Origin: Spirochaetales bacterium
Lineage (GTDB): Bacteria > Spirochaetota > Spirochaetia > DSM-2461
Length of the DNA: 64,000 nucleotides
Direction of reading: 5' to 3'
Assembly: GCA_028532905.1 (NCBI GenBank)
Contig: JAQQAM010000097.1
Span: forward strand, 8,506-72,505
The translations under genes and the position numbers were made by a program. Below, piece after piece: positions 44,226-55,488 of this stretch. Within the stretch, counting starts at the first letter, position 1. Each line of letters starts with the position of its first letter. A model generated the notes under the pieces. That model ran no database searches and was not told where the DNA came from. It saw nothing but the letters and a program-made list of their open reading frames with translations.

Positions 44226-45821
44226 TCAGAACTCTTTTTTCAGGATTTCTGACTGTTCGGCAAGAGAATTGGCCATACTGAGAACCTTGTCGGAAGACAG
44301 TTTGATCTCATCCGCATCTTTTTTGATTTCATGGGCCACCTGTTCCAGATCTTCAGACAGCTGCTTATTACTGCCCAGATTGGTGTCGATAGTAGCCTTG
44401 TCATCGGAGACTTCATTCACACTGTCCATAACACTTGTTGTCAGTTCGTTCAGACTCATTGTGGAACGGAGTATCTCTTCACTTCCCGTGTTCAGTTCTT
44501 CGGTGCTGTTGTAGATATCATCCATGGCCCGCGCCACAGTATCGACCTCTTCTCTGATCTCTTCAAAGGAATGACCCGACTGTTTAACCTGGGCTCCCGT
44601 ATTCTCGATCGAAGCAATCATGGTCTTCAGATTCTCGGAGATCTTTTTGGCATTCCCAGAACTGCTCTCGGCCAGCTTTCTGATTTCGTCGGCAACAACC
44701 GCAAATCCCCGGCCTGCATCACCGGCGTGGGCCGCCTCAATAGCCGCATTCATGGCAAGCAGGTTCGTCTGTGCCGCGATTCCGCTGATAAGGCTGGTCA
44801 TGTCCCGGATGCTGCTGATCTGGTCAATTACATCATTAAAGGAACTCTCGGTCTGTCGGATGACCTCTTCTCCGCTTTTTGAGGTTACAATGAGACTTTC
44901 CACACTTTTTTTCCTGTTCTGAATGGTGCTGGAAACACTCTTGATGGACGCGACCATCTGTTCTATGGCGGCACTGGATTCTGTTACGTTGGCAGACTGG
45001 TTCTGGGCATTGTTTTTCAGCTCTTCCAGGCTGTTGCCGATGGCTTCCAGAGCCCGGCCGGTACTGGTATATCCGTTATTCAGATTTTCAATGGACTTCA
45101 TAATCCCCTGAACCCGGTTCTCAATAAGAACCACTGCCATTCCAGTCTCTTCCGCTGACTCTCTTAAGCCCAGAGCCTGATCGATCTGGGAAGAAACCGA
45201 ACTCACAAGGGAGATCATTCTCTTGCTGTGCTCCTCGCTCTCATCGTACTTTCTCAGTGTATCTTCGGTGACCTTAATAAAGACGTCCTTCTGAATCAGG
45301 GCCATAAAAATTCCGATTACCATTATGACAGTACTGGTGGTAAGCTGTCCGGAAAGAGGGTGTTCCACCGCTTTATAGGCTCCGGATATGATAACCATAG
45401 CTGTATACACTATGAACAGCAGCACAGAACTAAGCACGGCTATCCGGACATGCTTTCTGTTTCTGAGCTGAAAAGAAACAACCTGTGAAAAGGCTACCAG
45501 GATTATGGATGTCTGGGAAAAGGAATTGGCCCCGTGATAACCGCCGGTAAACCGTTCGGCACATATCAGAAAAAAGAGGGCAAAGGAAAAAATATAGGAT
45601 GAGAGATCATACTTGCCCTTTCTCAGCAGTAACAGGGTCACAAGAAAAACAAGATCCATCAGCAGAATCAAAGAGCCGATGATTGTTTCTCCCTGAAAAA
45701 AAACCAGTATGGTAAGAGGAATCAGCATTATTGTTATAAAAAGCTGGATAAAAAAATTGTAACCCGCTTTGATACGGATCTCATAACTGGCATCCCTGTA
45801 TGCCTCTGACAGCATGTTCAT
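44226..45821 (-). CDS. Methyl-accepting chemotaxis protein with a six-TM membrane-embedded N-terminal module
   Basis: Signalling hairpin [37 protein letters not shown]. About six hydrophobic helices in residues 20-190 with only short loops between them. Confidence 0.85.
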   Translation of the reverse strand: MNMLSEAYRDASYEIRIKAGYNFFIQLFITIMLIPLTILVFFQGETIIGSLILLMDLVFLVTLLLLRKGKYDLSSYIFSFALFFLICAERFTGGYHGANSFSQTSIILVAFSQVVSFQLRNRKHVRIAVLSSVLLFIVYTAMVIISGAYKAVEHPLSGQLTTSTVIMVIGIFMALIQKDVFIKVTEDTLRKYDESEEHSKRMISLVSSVSSQIDQALGLRESAEETGMAVVLIENRVQGIMKSIENLNNGYTSTGRALEAIGNSLEELKNNAQNQSANVTESSAAIEQMVASIKSVSSTIQNRKKSVESLIVTSKSGEEVIRQTESSFNDVIDQISSIRDMTSLISGIAAQTNLLAMNAAIEAAHAGDAGRGFAVVADEIRKLAESSSGNAKKISENLKTMIASIENTGAQVKQSGHSFEEIREEVDTVARAMDDIYNSTEELNTGSEEILRSTMSLNELTTSVMDSVNEVSDDKATIDTNLGSNKQLSEDLEQVAHEIKKDADEIKLSSDKVLSMANSLAEQSEILKKEF

Positions 45822-45897
45822 ATACTCTCCATTTTTTGTTATCTGATATATAATTTATCTTTAATATACGTTTTGGAACTAATAGAATATACTCTGC

Positions 45898-45935
45898 TCC
45901 GGGAAAAAGCCAGTTATTATTCACTTTTTCCCGGA
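45898..45935 (-). terminator. Probable terminator hairpin downstream of icd
   Basis: 12-bp perfect stem TCCGGGAAAAAG (45898-45909) / CTTTTTCCCGGA (45924-45935) with a 14-nt loop, 13 nt after the icd stop. No separate U-tract beyond the stem. Confidence 0.45.
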
Positions 45936-45948
45936 TCATTTGAAAATT

Positions 45949-48183
45949 CTACAGATTATCTGCAGAAAGGGAATCGATCAGAGTATTCAGAGTTGCCGAA
46001 GGCCGCATGGCTCTGTCAGCCAGCTCTTCATCGGGAAAATAGTATCCTCCTATATCAACAGCATGTCCCTGGGCTTCCAGGAGTTCGGACAGAATGATGT
46101 CCTCTTTGGCGGCAAGACCAGCGGCAAGGGGGGTAAAAATCTTTTTCAGGGGAAGGTCCTCATCCTGACGGGCCAGAGCCTCCGCCCAGTACAGAGCCAG
46201 ATAAAAATGGCTGCCCCGGTTGTCCAGTTCATTGACTTTTCTGGAGGGCGATTTTCTTTTTTCCAGGAGTTCGGCTGTTGCCTGATCCAGGGTTCCGGCC
46301 AGTATCCGGGCTTTGTCATTGTCAAAGACAGAAGCCAGATGCTCGAGAGACACAGCCAGTGCCAGGAATTCTCCCAGAGAATCCCAGCGGAGATGCCCCT
46401 CCGCATTGAACTGCTGCACATGTTTGGGAGCAGATCCGCCTGCACCTGTTTCAAAGAGCCCTCCCCCCTCCATAAGGGGAACGATAGAGAGCATTTTGGC
46501 ACTGGTGCCCAGCTCAAGAATGGGAAACAGGTCTGTGAGATAATCCCTGAGAACATTACCGGTCACAGAAACGGCATCCCGACCCTGACGGATTTCTTCA
46601 AGAGAAAAGAGGGTTGCCTCAACAGGCGACATGATTCTGATATCAAGCCCCTCAGTATTATATTCAGAAAGATAAGTATTCACTTTGCTGATCAGCTGAG
46701 CATCATGAGCCCGCTGAGGATCAAGCCAGAACACAGTGGCGGCCTTTGTAGCAGCGGCTCTTTTAACAGCCAGTCCCACCCAGTCACGGACAGGAGCATC
46801 CTTTACCTGACAGGCTCTGAAAATATCCCCTTCTTCCACATTCTGAGAGAGAAGAACTGAACCGTCCCCCCCGACGATGTCAATAACACCACTTCCGGGA
46901 GCCGTAAAAGTCTTATCGTGAGAGCCGTATTCCTCGGCTTTCTGAGCCATCAGCCCCACATTGGAGACAGAGCCCATAACGGAAGGATCAAAGGCGCCGT
47001 GTTTTTTACAGAAGTCGATTGTACTGCTGTACACGCCGGCATAAGAGCGGTCGGGAATCACAAACTTGGTGTCCTGCAGTTCTCCGTTCTTGTTCCACAT
47101 ACAGCCGGAACTCCGGATGGCTGCGGGCATGGACGCATCAATAATCACATCACTGGGAACATGAAGGTTTGTAATGCCCTTATCAGAGTTAACCATGGCC
47201 AGGTCGGCTTTTTCATTCAGAATGCGCTTCAAATCGGCTTCCAGAGCTTCTCTGGTTTCTGAATCAAGGGCATCCAGCCGGGAATAGAGATCTCCCAGCC
47301 CCATATTGGGATCCACACCGATTTCACCAAGCTGGTGGGAATATTTTTCGAATACCTCTTCAAAAAATACGGAAACCGCATGACCGAATATGACAGGGTC
47401 GGACACTTTCATCATAGTTGCTTTCAGGTGTATGGAGAAAAGTACGCCCCTGGCTGCCGCATCCTCTGCCTGTTCTTTCAAAAAAAGGCGGAGGGCCTTC
47501 CGGCTCATAACTGCTGCATCGATAATTTCACTTTTCTGAAGGGGAAAACTCTCTTTGAGAACCGATGATGTTCCATCAGAGCCTTTGTAAATGATTTTAA
47601 CAGAATCTTCAGACTCCAGGGTAACGGATTTTTCACTGCCGTAGAAATCTCCTTCTGTCATACTGGCCACATGGGAGGCGGAATCAGATTTCCAGGGGCC
47701 CATGGAATGGGGGTTGTTCTTTGCATAGCTTTTCACAGAGGCGGGAGCTCTTCTATCCGAGTTCCCTTCCCTTAATACAGGATTGACCGCACTTCCCTTG
47801 ATTTTGTCATATCTGGACTGAATGGAAAGCTCTTCGGGAGTTTCAGCCTCTCCGGGATAGTCGGGAACCTTGTATCCCCGGGCCTGGAGTTCGGCAATAG
47901 CGGCTTTCAGCTGGGGAATGGAGGCGGAAATGTTGGGAAGTTTTATGATATTGGCATCTTTCTGATGCACCATATCTCCCAGTTCGGCCAGAGCATCGGC
48001 AATTCTCTTGTCTTCATCCAGATACTCGGGAAAGGAGGCTATGATTCTGCCTGCCAGAGAGATATCTCTGGTTTCGACTTTAACACCCGCAGCACCTGTA
48101 AATGCCGAAATGACGGGGAGCAGAGAACGCGTAGCCAGAGCCGGCGCCTCATCTGTTTTTGTGTAAATGATTCTTGCTTGCAT
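45949..48183 (-). CDS. icd: Isocitrate dehydrogenase (NADP), monomeric type
   Basis: 744 aa. The N-terminus [14 protein letters not shown] and the length are diagnostic of monomeric IDH. Confidence 0.9.
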   Translation of the reverse strand: MQARIIYTKTDEAPALATRSLLPVISAFTGAAGVKVETRDISLAGRIIASFPEYLDEDKRIADALAELGDMVHQKDANIIKLPNISASIPQLKAAIAELQARGYKVPDYPGEAETPEELSIQSRYDKIKGSAVNPVLREGNSDRRAPASVKSYAKNNPHSMGPWKSDSASHVASMTEGDFYGSEKSVTLESEDSVKIIYKGSDGTSSVLKESFPLQKSEIIDAAVMSRKALRLFLKEQAEDAAARGVLFSIHLKATMMKVSDPVIFGHAVSVFFEEVFEKYSHQLGEIGVDPNMGLGDLYSRLDALDSETREALEADLKRILNEKADLAMVNSDKGITNLHVPSDVIIDASMPAAIRSSGCMWNKNGELQDTKFVIPDRSYAGVYSSTIDFCKKHGAFDPSVMGSVSNVGLMAQKAEEYGSHDKTFTAPGSGVIDIVGGDGSVLLSQNVEEGDIFRACQVKDAPVRDWVGLAVKRAAATKAATVFWLDPQRAHDAQLISKVNTYLSEYNTEGLDIRIMSPVEATLFSLEEIRQGRDAVSVTGNVLRDYLTDLFPILELGTSAKMLSIVPLMEGGGLFETGAGGSAPKHVQQFNAEGHLRWDSLGEFLALAVSLEHLASVFDNDKARILAGTLDQATAELLEKRKSPSRKVNELDNRGSHFYLALYWAEALARQDEDLPLKKIFTPLAAGLAAKEDIILSELLEAQGHAVDIGGYYFPDEELADRAMRPSATLNTLIDSLSADNL

Positions 48184-48299
48184 ATGATTTCCTGATGGTT
48201 TGCTGTGATGAACACCATATTACCATAGAGGGGGGAAGAGTTTAAATAGGAGCCGCGGCAAAGGTTAAGAGGAAAATATTATGAGAAAATCAGAGATTT

Positions 48300-50015
48300 G
48301 TGATTAGCAAATATAATGAATACGTATATACTTATAGTATGCCTGAAGCTGAAAAAAAATATGAATACATCATCAACACCTCATCTGACCTGATCACACT
48401 GATCAATAAGGACTACTGCTACGAAGTTGTGAATAAATCATACTGTAATATGCTGGGCAAGGAACATGAGGGTATTGTAAACACTCATGTTTCCGATATC
48501 TGGGGCGTTGAGAGATTTAATAACTCCATTAAAAATTATCTGGACCGCTGTTTCAACGGTGAGGAGATTCACTATGTAGATCAGTTTCAGTTTGGTGATT
48601 CTGTCAGGCAGATGCATGTATCCTTCTATCCCTACAGTGAAGACAACACACAAACCAGCCATGCTCTGGTTTTTTCCCACGACATCAGCAAACTGGGTGA
48701 GATTGAATCCAAGCTGCTCAATTATGAATTCCGGGACCCCGTCACAGGCCTTTTCAATGACCGTTCCCTGGATATTATTCTGGATATGGAGCTGGAAAAA
48801 GGGAAAAGGTCCCAATCGGAAAGCCGGCGCAGCCTGTTGATTCTCTCGGTGGATAACTATCAGAAAATATGTCTGGAACACGGGATTTCCACGGGTAATA
48901 TGCTCCTTGAGAATACCGGGATCAGAGTCAAGGACTGTCTCAGATCAACAGATTACGTTTTCCGGTATAACGGAAATGAACTGGCCATTCTGCTGACCAC
49001 AATGGCCCGTGACACGGAACCTTTGATTGTTGCCCAGAAACTGATCAATACGGTTTCCATTCCCTACAGAAAGAATGAAACCAATATTACCTTGAACTGT
49101 ACAATAGGAATTGCCGTATCCCCTGATGACGGCAACAGCTGTGAAGAGCTGGTCCGGAATGCCTCAAAAGCCCTGTCCTCAGCCATGAGTGAAGGAAAAG
49201 AGTTCCGTCTTTATGACCAGGACATTCAGAAGGTGACCATGTCCAGGCTGGAAATGGAGAATGATCTGAACCGGGCCTTTGATCTGAACCAGTTTGAGCT
49301 CTATTATCAGGCCATTGTGGATGAAAACAGAACCATCTGTGGATGTGAAACCCTGCTCCGCTGGAATCATCCCTCCCGAGGTATGGTGCCTCCCAGTCTG
49401 TTTATACCGATCTCGGAGCAGAACGGGCTGATTTCGGCCATTTCAAAATGGGTCCTGTTCAAAACGGCCAGGCAGATCAGAAAGTGGAGTGAAAAATACG
49501 GCATATATACTTCGGTGAATCTGACAGCCCGGGAATATGCGAATCCCGATCTCCCGGTGATTCTGGCGGCTGCCTTGAAACAGGCAGACAAACTGTCTCC
49601 CCGTTACCTCCATCTGGAAATCACCGAATCAGAAACCATGGAAAACCCGGAGAACAGCATTCGTCAGATGCAGGCCATACGGGATATGGGCTTTGAAATC
49701 TTCATGGATGACTTCGGAACCGGTCATTCCAGCCTGAGCTACCTGAAAAATCTTCCCGCTGACACCCTGAAACTGGACAAAGCCTTTATAGACAATCTGA
49801 CCACGGAAAAAGACAGCCGTGATTTTCTGGAACTGATTATCCATCTGGCAAGGAACAGAAAGAAGTCCCTCATTGTGGAAGGCGTTGAGACAGAAGAGCA
49901 GTTTACAATTCTTCTGGATGCCGGGTGCAGCCGGTTCCAGGGATATCTGTTCTCTCCCCCCCTGCCGCCTGCCCAGTTTGAGAATCTCCTGAGAAAAAAT
50001 CTGAACATTCTATAG
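48300..50015 (+). CDS. PAS - degenerate GGDEF - EAL protein (probable c-di-GMP phosphodiesterase)
   Basis: The GGDEF position reads NGNEL (RYNGNELAILL). EAL-domain motifs are intact (CETLLRW, DDFGTGHSSLSYL, EGVETEEQ). The start is uncertain: GTG 48300 or ATG 48339. Confidence 0.8.
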   Translation: MISKYNEYVYTYSMPEAEKKYEYIINTSSDLITLINKDYCYEVVNKSYCNMLGKEHEGIVNTHVSDIWGVERFNNSIKNYLDRCFNGEEIHYVDQFQFGDSVRQMHVSFYPYSEDNTQTSHALVFSHDISKLGEIESKLLNYEFRDPVTGLFNDRSLDIILDMELEKGKRSQSESRRSLLILSVDNYQKICLEHGISTGNMLLENTGIRVKDCLRSTDYVFRYNGNELAILLTTMARDTEPLIVAQKLINTVSIPYRKNETNITLNCTIGIAVSPDDGNSCEELVRNASKALSSAMSEGKEFRLYDQDIQKVTMSRLEMENDLNRAFDLNQFELYYQAIVDENRTICGCETLLRWNHPSRGMVPPSLFIPISEQNGLISAISKWVLFKTARQIRKWSEKYGIYTSVNLTAREYANPDLPVILAAALKQADKLSPRYLHLEITESETMENPENSIRQMQAIRDMGFEIFMDDFGTGHSSLSYLKNLPADTLKLDKAFIDNLTTEKDSRDFLELIIHLARNRKKSLIVEGVETEEQFTILLDAGCSRFQGYLFSPPLPPAQFENLLRKNLNIL

Positions 50016-50140
50016 ATGTCCTTCCGGAGAAGGGTTCTCTGTAATTCTCATTTATCTTTGCAGTCTGACTGCTTTCATAAAAAAAAGAATATTCGGAAAA
50101 AATAATGATCAAAGCTTAACTGATATGTTAGTATTATATT

Positions 50141-52912
50141 GTGAATCACAAAAAAACCGCCGCCGCACTTCTGTTTATTTTTCTGATCTCACTTCACATA
50201 TTTCCCCAGGCAGACCGAAGCCGGAACAGCCGGGATGTGGTCATTGGTATTTTCTCTTTCTCACCCATTAATTTCATAAATGAAGCCGGTCAGCCGGATG
50301 GTCTTTTCCCGTCAATAATAGAAGAAATTGCCCGGGAATCGGGCTGGAAGGTCCGGTATCGGGAAGGAAGCTTCAGCCAGGGAATGGAAAGGCTGCAGAA
50401 TGGGGAGATTGACCTGATGGTTTCCACGGCCTGGTCGGAAAGCCGGGCGGAGAGAATGGACTATTCCGGAGAATCTGTAGTGGAACTGTGGGGGCAGGTA
50501 TTTATACCCGGCAGCAGTAAAATCAGGAACATAAATGATCTGCAGGGTAAAACTGTAGGGGTGGTGAAAAAGGATATTACCGGACAAAACCTCATAAGAA
50601 CAGCCGAAATTTTCGATATCACATTCAATATCAGGGAGTACAGTACTTTTTTCGAGGTCTTTGAGGCCGTTGAGGCCGGCCATATCCACGCAGGGGCGGC
50701 GCCTCATCATTTCGGGCTCCGGTACGGCCCGGCATACGGACTCGTTGGAAGCAGCATTATGTTTTCACCCTTTTCTATCTATTTCACAGTAAAAAAGGGA
50801 ACAAACCGGGATCTTCTGGATGACATTGACAGAAACCTGGCCGCCTGGAAACAGGACCGGAGTTCTGTCTATTACGATGCACTCAAATACTGGATGACAC
50901 CGGAAGAACTGAGGCAAAGGACCGTCCCCCCCTGGGTCAGAATCATTATTCCCTTCTTCTCATTCCTGATTCTCTTCATACTGGTGACCAGTATACTTAT
51001 AAGAAACTCATTAAATAGAAGAATAAAACAGATTTTCAGCCGGGAGCAGCGCTACCGCAGCCTGGTTCAGAAAATTGAGGCCTTCATTCTGCGGATTACT
51101 CCCGAAGGAACGGTAACCGTCGCCAGTGACTACACACAGTCTCTGCTGAAAACAGGAGACCTGACAGGTCAGAATATTTTCGACCTGAACATCCTTCCGG
51201 ACAATCTGACCGCCGGGAACCTGCAGGAAATTGTAAATCTCAACCAGAAAGAGAAAGAGAATATCAGCTGTATTCCCGTTGACGGCGGGGAGCAATATTT
51301 TCAATGGCATCTGCATTCAGTCGGCACAGAGGAAAATGATAATATAATCTGTATAGGAATCAATGTGACCGACAGAATCAGAGTGGAATCGGCTCTGAAG
51401 GTAAGCGACGAGAGATTTATCTCATTTATGAACAATATCCCGGCCTTTGCCTATATCAGAGACAGTCAGGGCAAACTGGTGTACACCAATCCGGCAGTTG
51501 CTGCCATGATGAGTAATCCCGACAGCGATAGTCTGGAAGATTACATATCCGATCCTGAACTGATCAGGAAGATTAATGATGGGGATCAAAGAATAATCAA
51601 CAGAGAATCGGAGATGGAAACACTGGAGTATGAAGTTCAGCTGCCCGGTGAGGGAAGACCGATACATATTCATAATATACGCTTCCCCATCAATATGCCC
51701 CATAACGAAATGCTCATCGGAGGATTCGCCATTGATGTGAGTGAGTCCAAAGAGATTGAGGAACAGCTGAATCAGTCCCGCAAAATGGAAGCCATAGGAG
51801 AGCTGGCCGGGGGCATTGCCCATGATTTTAATAATCAGCTGGCCGGTATTATGGGGTATACAGACCTGCTGAGCCACGGTATAAACGACGAACGTCAGGA
51901 AAAGTATATCAGCAAACTGAAAAGTGCCATTGAAGGAGCCTCGGAACTGACAAGCCAGCTTCTCAGTTTCAGCCGCAAGAGTGACCGGGAACACAGAGCT
52001 CTTGATATTAATGATCTTACCGAAGAACTGATCAGCCTGCTGTCCCACAGTATCGGCATACAGATCAAAATCCATTTCAATGACAAGGCAGACCGTTCGG
52101 TGATTGTGGGAGACAAGAACCGGATTCAGAACGCCCTTCTGAATATTTCAATCAATGCCAGGGATGCCATGGACAATCAGGGAGATCTGTACTTTTCCAC
52201 TCAGAATATTTTTGTGGATGAAAAAATGAGTGCCCTCCAGGGTTATGTCTTGGAACCGGGACCCTATGTGAAAGTGTCAGTGGAAGATTCGGGCAATGGA
52301 ATCCCGAAAGAGATCAGAGACAAAATATTCGAACCCTTTTTTACAACAAAAAGTGAAGGCCGGGGAACCGGCATGGGGCTGGCCCAGGTGTATGGAACCA
52401 TGCAGGAACACAAAGGAAATATCACAGTGCAAAGCACCAGAGACAGGGGAACCGTATTCAGTCTCTACTTTCCCGGCAGTGAAGAACACCGGACGGAAGC
52501 AGAGACGGAAGTCAATCTGGTGGAGGATAAAAAAAACTACACCATTGCTGTGGTGGATGATGAATCCATGATCAGAGAATTTCTGAAACTGACCCTTTCC
52601 GGCAGTGGTCACACCCTCAGGCTTTTCGAAAAGGGAGAGGACTTTATAGACACTCTGAAAGAAGATAAAAACAGGTATGATCTTGTGATTCTGGATATGA
52701 TAATGCCTGGCATGAGCGGTGTTGAATGCTACAGGGAAATGATGAAAATCAACAGCAGGATGCGGGTGCTTCTTTCAAGCGGATACAGCCGAAAAGAGGA
52801 AGCGGAAGAGATAATGGCCAATAAAAATGTTCTGTATATCCAGAAACCCTTCAGTATTACAGAACTGACGACGGCAATCCGGAACCTGATGGCAGGACGA
52901 AATGATCACTGA
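50141..52912 (+). CDS. Hybrid sensor histidine kinase: periplasmic SBP_bac_3-like domain, TM, PAS x2, HisKA, HATPase, receiver
   Basis: H-box GGIAHDFNNQLAGIMGY, N-box NISINARDAM, G-boxes DSGNGI / GTGMGL, receiver DLVILDMIMPGMSG. GTG start. Confidence 0.85.
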   Translation: MNHKKTAAALLFIFLISLHIFPQADRSRNSRDVVIGIFSFSPINFINEAGQPDGLFPSIIEEIARESGWKVRYREGSFSQGMERLQNGEIDLMVSTAWSESRAERMDYSGESVVELWGQVFIPGSSKIRNINDLQGKTVGVVKKDITGQNLIRTAEIFDITFNIREYSTFFEVFEAVEAGHIHAGAAPHHFGLRYGPAYGLVGSSIMFSPFSIYFTVKKGTNRDLLDDIDRNLAAWKQDRSSVYYDALKYWMTPEELRQRTVPPWVRIIIPFFSFLILFILVTSILIRNSLNRRIKQIFSREQRYRSLVQKIEAFILRITPEGTVTVASDYTQSLLKTGDLTGQNIFDLNILPDNLTAGNLQEIVNLNQKEKENISCIPVDGGEQYFQWHLHSVGTEENDNIICIGINVTDRIRVESALKVSDERFISFMNNIPAFAYIRDSQGKLVYTNPAVAAMMSNPDSDSLEDYISDPELIRKINDGDQRIINRESEMETLEYEVQLPGEGRPIHIHNIRFPINMPHNEMLIGGFAIDVSESKEIEEQLNQSRKMEAIGELAGGIAHDFNNQLAGIMGYTDLLSHGINDERQEKYISKLKSAIEGASELTSQLLSFSRKSDREHRALDINDLTEELISLLSHSIGIQIKIHFNDKADRSVIVGDKNRIQNALLNISINARDAMDNQGDLYFSTQNIFVDEKMSALQGYVLEPGPYVKVSVEDSGNGIPKEIRDKIFEPFFTTKSEGRGTGMGLAQVYGTMQEHKGNITVQSTRDRGTVFSLYFPGSEEHRTEAETEVNLVEDKKNYTIAVVDDESMIREFLKLTLSGSGHTLRLFEKGEDFIDTLKEDKNRYDLVILDMIMPGMSGVECYREMMKINSRMRVLLSSGYSRKEEAEEIMANKNVLYIQKPFSITELTTAIRNLMAGRNDH

Positions 52913-53693
52913 AATAAACGAATACAAAGATGAAATTGACAAAGAACTGAAGAAGATTCTGTCTCATACCCTTTTCAAGGGAGCCAGACGCTCCAGCAGC
53001 TTTCTTCGTTATGTCTGTGAAAAAGCCATAGCCGGTGAGAGTCACCAGATTAAGGAATTCTCCATAGCTGTTGATGCCTTCGGCCTGGAAATGACCTTTG
53101 ACCAGCAGATGGACCCCCGCATCAGAGTGGAAGCTAAAAGACTGAGAGACAGACTCAAGCAATACTATGAGGGTCCCGGCTGTGATGATCCCATACAGAT
53201 CCGCCTGGAAAAAGGAAGCTATGTTCCTGTTTTTCAAAAAAGTGAAACCGCAGCGGCTGTGACGCAAGAGGAAGGGGCCGGGAGCCCGGGAGTCCTTCGG
53301 TCCCAAACAGATAAAAGTTCCCTTCTCCTGGAAAACCGCTTTCTCATATCACTGGATCTGCCGGAAACAAAGGGAGACGAAGGGGCGGATTTTTTTGTGT
53401 CCTGTTTTGTACAGGAACTGTTTGACAGAACAAAGCCCCCTTCCCTCTCTCTGGATGAAATTATCCGGGTTCAAAAAGAGGCCTACCCCCTGGTTCTTTC
53501 AATCGGGCTGAATATAATCGGAGACAATGTATATTTCATACTCCGTCTCAAACTGAAAGAGGAAGGAACACTTCTCCACAGTGAGAAAAAAGTATTTACC
53601 CGTCAGGACCTTGAAAACAGTGACTATGTTGAGAACATGGTGCACAGACAGGCAGAAGAACTTCTTGATTTCTGCAGGAGCGTAAACGCATGA
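52902..53693 (+). CDS. Winged-helix (CadC/OmpR Trans_reg_C-like) DNA-binding domain protein without a receiver domain, with an uncharacterised C-terminal half
   Basis: ILSHTLFKGARRSSSFLRYVCEKAI.G....IKEFSIAVDAFG....FDQQMDPRIRVEAKRLRDRLKQYYEG.G.DDPIQIRLEKGSYVPVF matches the wHTH module seen at the N-terminus of many TolB/TPR/cyclase proteins. It overlaps both flanking kinase genes (11 nt and 4 nt). Confidence 0.55.
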   Translation: MITEINEYKDEIDKELKKILSHTLFKGARRSSSFLRYVCEKAIAGESHQIKEFSIAVDAFGLEMTFDQQMDPRIRVEAKRLRDRLKQYYEGPGCDDPIQIRLEKGSYVPVFQKSETAAAVTQEEGAGSPGVLRSQTDKSSLLLENRFLISLDLPETKGDEGADFFVSCFVQELFDRTKPPSLSLDEIIRVQKEAYPLVLSIGLNIIGDNVYFILRLKLKEEGTLLHSEKKVFTRQDLENSDYVENMVHRQAEELLDFCRSVNA

Positions 53694-55258
53694 CCAAAGA
53701 GAATGCCAAAATTCTGATTGTAGATGATAATGAGATGATACGGGATGTTCTGGAAGAGATTCTCTCCATGGAAGGGTATGACGTGCAGTGCTGTTCCAAT
53801 GCCACAGAGGGTCTGGAATGCGGACACTCAGATCCTCCTGACCTGTTTATTCTGGATATAACCATGCCCGACATTGACGGTCTGGAACTGTGCCGAAGAC
53901 TTAAATCGGATCCGGCTACCATGGATATACCTGTGATATTCATCAGCGGGCTTATCGGAATGGAAGAGAAGATAGCCGGGTTTAAAGCCGGGGGAGTCGA
54001 CTATATTACCAAACCCTTCCAGAATCTGGATGTTCTGATCAGAGTGAAAACCCATGTTGAACTCAGAAAGAAAACACAGATTCTTGAATCCATGAATGAG
54101 TGGCTGGAAGAAAAGGTGGAAAAACGGACCCGGGAACTGAGGCTGGCCAAAGAATCAGCAGAAAAAGCCAATAATGCCAAGTCAGAGTTTCTGGCCAATA
54201 TCAATCATGAAATAAGAACACCTTTGAACGGCGTACTGGGAATGCTTAAACTGATGGGAAACTGTGAGATGAACGATGATCTGGAGATGTACCACAATCT
54301 TGCTGATTTCTCGGCCCGTCACCTGTCTGCGGTCTTCTCGGATATTCTGGATTATACCCAGCTGGACTCGGATTCCATGAGATTCAACTATGAGTCTCTG
54401 GATATTCATAAGCTGGTTGAAAATGTCTGCCTTTTGCAGAGAGAGCATGCCCAGAACAAAGGGCTGGAACTGAAATGGGAACTGACGGGAGACAGAACAG
54501 AGTTTGTATGTGATGAAATCAGACTGGTACAGATTCTGAACAACCTTCTGGGAAACGCTGTGAAGTACAGCAATAAAGGGGAAATTACCCTCCGCTGCCA
54601 TCTTTCTGATGATCTGAACATTGAAGTGGAAGATCAGGGAGTGGGCATTCCTTCTGAACGGACAGAGGAAATTTTTACCCCTTTTCTACAGCTGGAATCC
54701 CCCTATACAAAGGAACACAGCGGAACAGGTCTGGGACTGGCCATCAGCAGAAACCTCTGCCAGGCCATGAACGGAGCCCTGTCGGTCAACTCAAAGCCGG
54801 GAAAAGGGAGCTGCTTTACCCTGAAGCTTCCGGAGCAGAAAGCCCGATTCCCCAAACCTCCTGTTGAGCACAATAAAGGGGGAGCAGAAAATCTGAGGAT
54901 TCTGGTTGTTGAGGACAATACAATCAACCTCTACCTGCTGGAGAATATTCTGGAAGCCGCAGGATGCCGTGTTTTTCAGGCTCTCAATGGAGAAGAAGCC
55001 ATGGAAGAGCTGGAAGCATCAGATCCTGACATTGTCCTGCTGGATATGGGGCTCCCCCGGAAAAGCGGTCTGGAAGTGATCAGAGAGATCAGAGCCCGGG
55101 AGAAGTACCGGAATCTTCCGGTCATAGCCGTAACCGCCTATTCCCATAAAGATGATCTTGACCGCTTCGAGGATGCCGGAATCAATGCGGTAATAACCAA
55201 GCCCGTTTCTGAAGATGTCCTGATTGATACAATTATGCTTCACAGTGCCAGAGACTGA
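53690..55258 (+). CDS. Hybrid histidine kinase: receiver - HisKA - HATPase - receiver (soluble)
   Basis: REC1 ILIVDDN / LFILDITMPDIDG, H-box LANINHEIRTPLNGVLG, N-box LGNAVKY, GTGLGLAI, REC2 ILVVEDN / IVLLDMGLPRKSG. Confidence 0.85.
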   Translation: MTKENAKILIVDDNEMIRDVLEEILSMEGYDVQCCSNATEGLECGHSDPPDLFILDITMPDIDGLELCRRLKSDPATMDIPVIFISGLIGMEEKIAGFKAGGVDYITKPFQNLDVLIRVKTHVELRKKTQILESMNEWLEEKVEKRTRELRLAKESAEKANNAKSEFLANINHEIRTPLNGVLGMLKLMGNCEMNDDLEMYHNLADFSARHLSAVFSDILDYTQLDSDSMRFNYESLDIHKLVENVCLLQREHAQNKGLELKWELTGDRTEFVCDEIRLVQILNNLLGNAVKYSNKGEITLRCHLSDDLNIEVEDQGVGIPSERTEEIFTPFLQLESPYTKEHSGTGLGLAISRNLCQAMNGALSVNSKPGKGSCFTLKLPEQKARFPKPPVEHNKGGAENLRILVVEDNTINLYLLENILEAAGCRVFQALNGEEAMEELEASDPDIVLLDMGLPRKSGLEVIREIRAREKYRNLPVIAVTAYSHKDDLDRFEDAGINAVITKPVSEDVLIDTIMLHSARD

Positions 55259-55488
55259 GTTGTAACGGTTACATCATATTTTCCGCTGTTCCCCCTGTGT
55301 ATGAAAGGCTATAATGTAAAAGTAAATAGTTATAATTTTATTGAATTTACTATTTGAAATTGAGACTCCTGAACAGCTATATACAATTGTTCCCTATTAA
55401 AATTTGCGTCAGGAATGGGAGAGTATTAAAATAATACTCAACAGATATTTATTTTAGGAGTCATTTTTTAAACAAAAGGAGTGTTCCT

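Noticed and set aside
45940-46860. 306-aa ORF on the plus strand
   Set aside because: It is antisense to the monomeric isocitrate dehydrogenase gene, which is unambiguous. I see no motifs, so I treat it as a shadow ORF.
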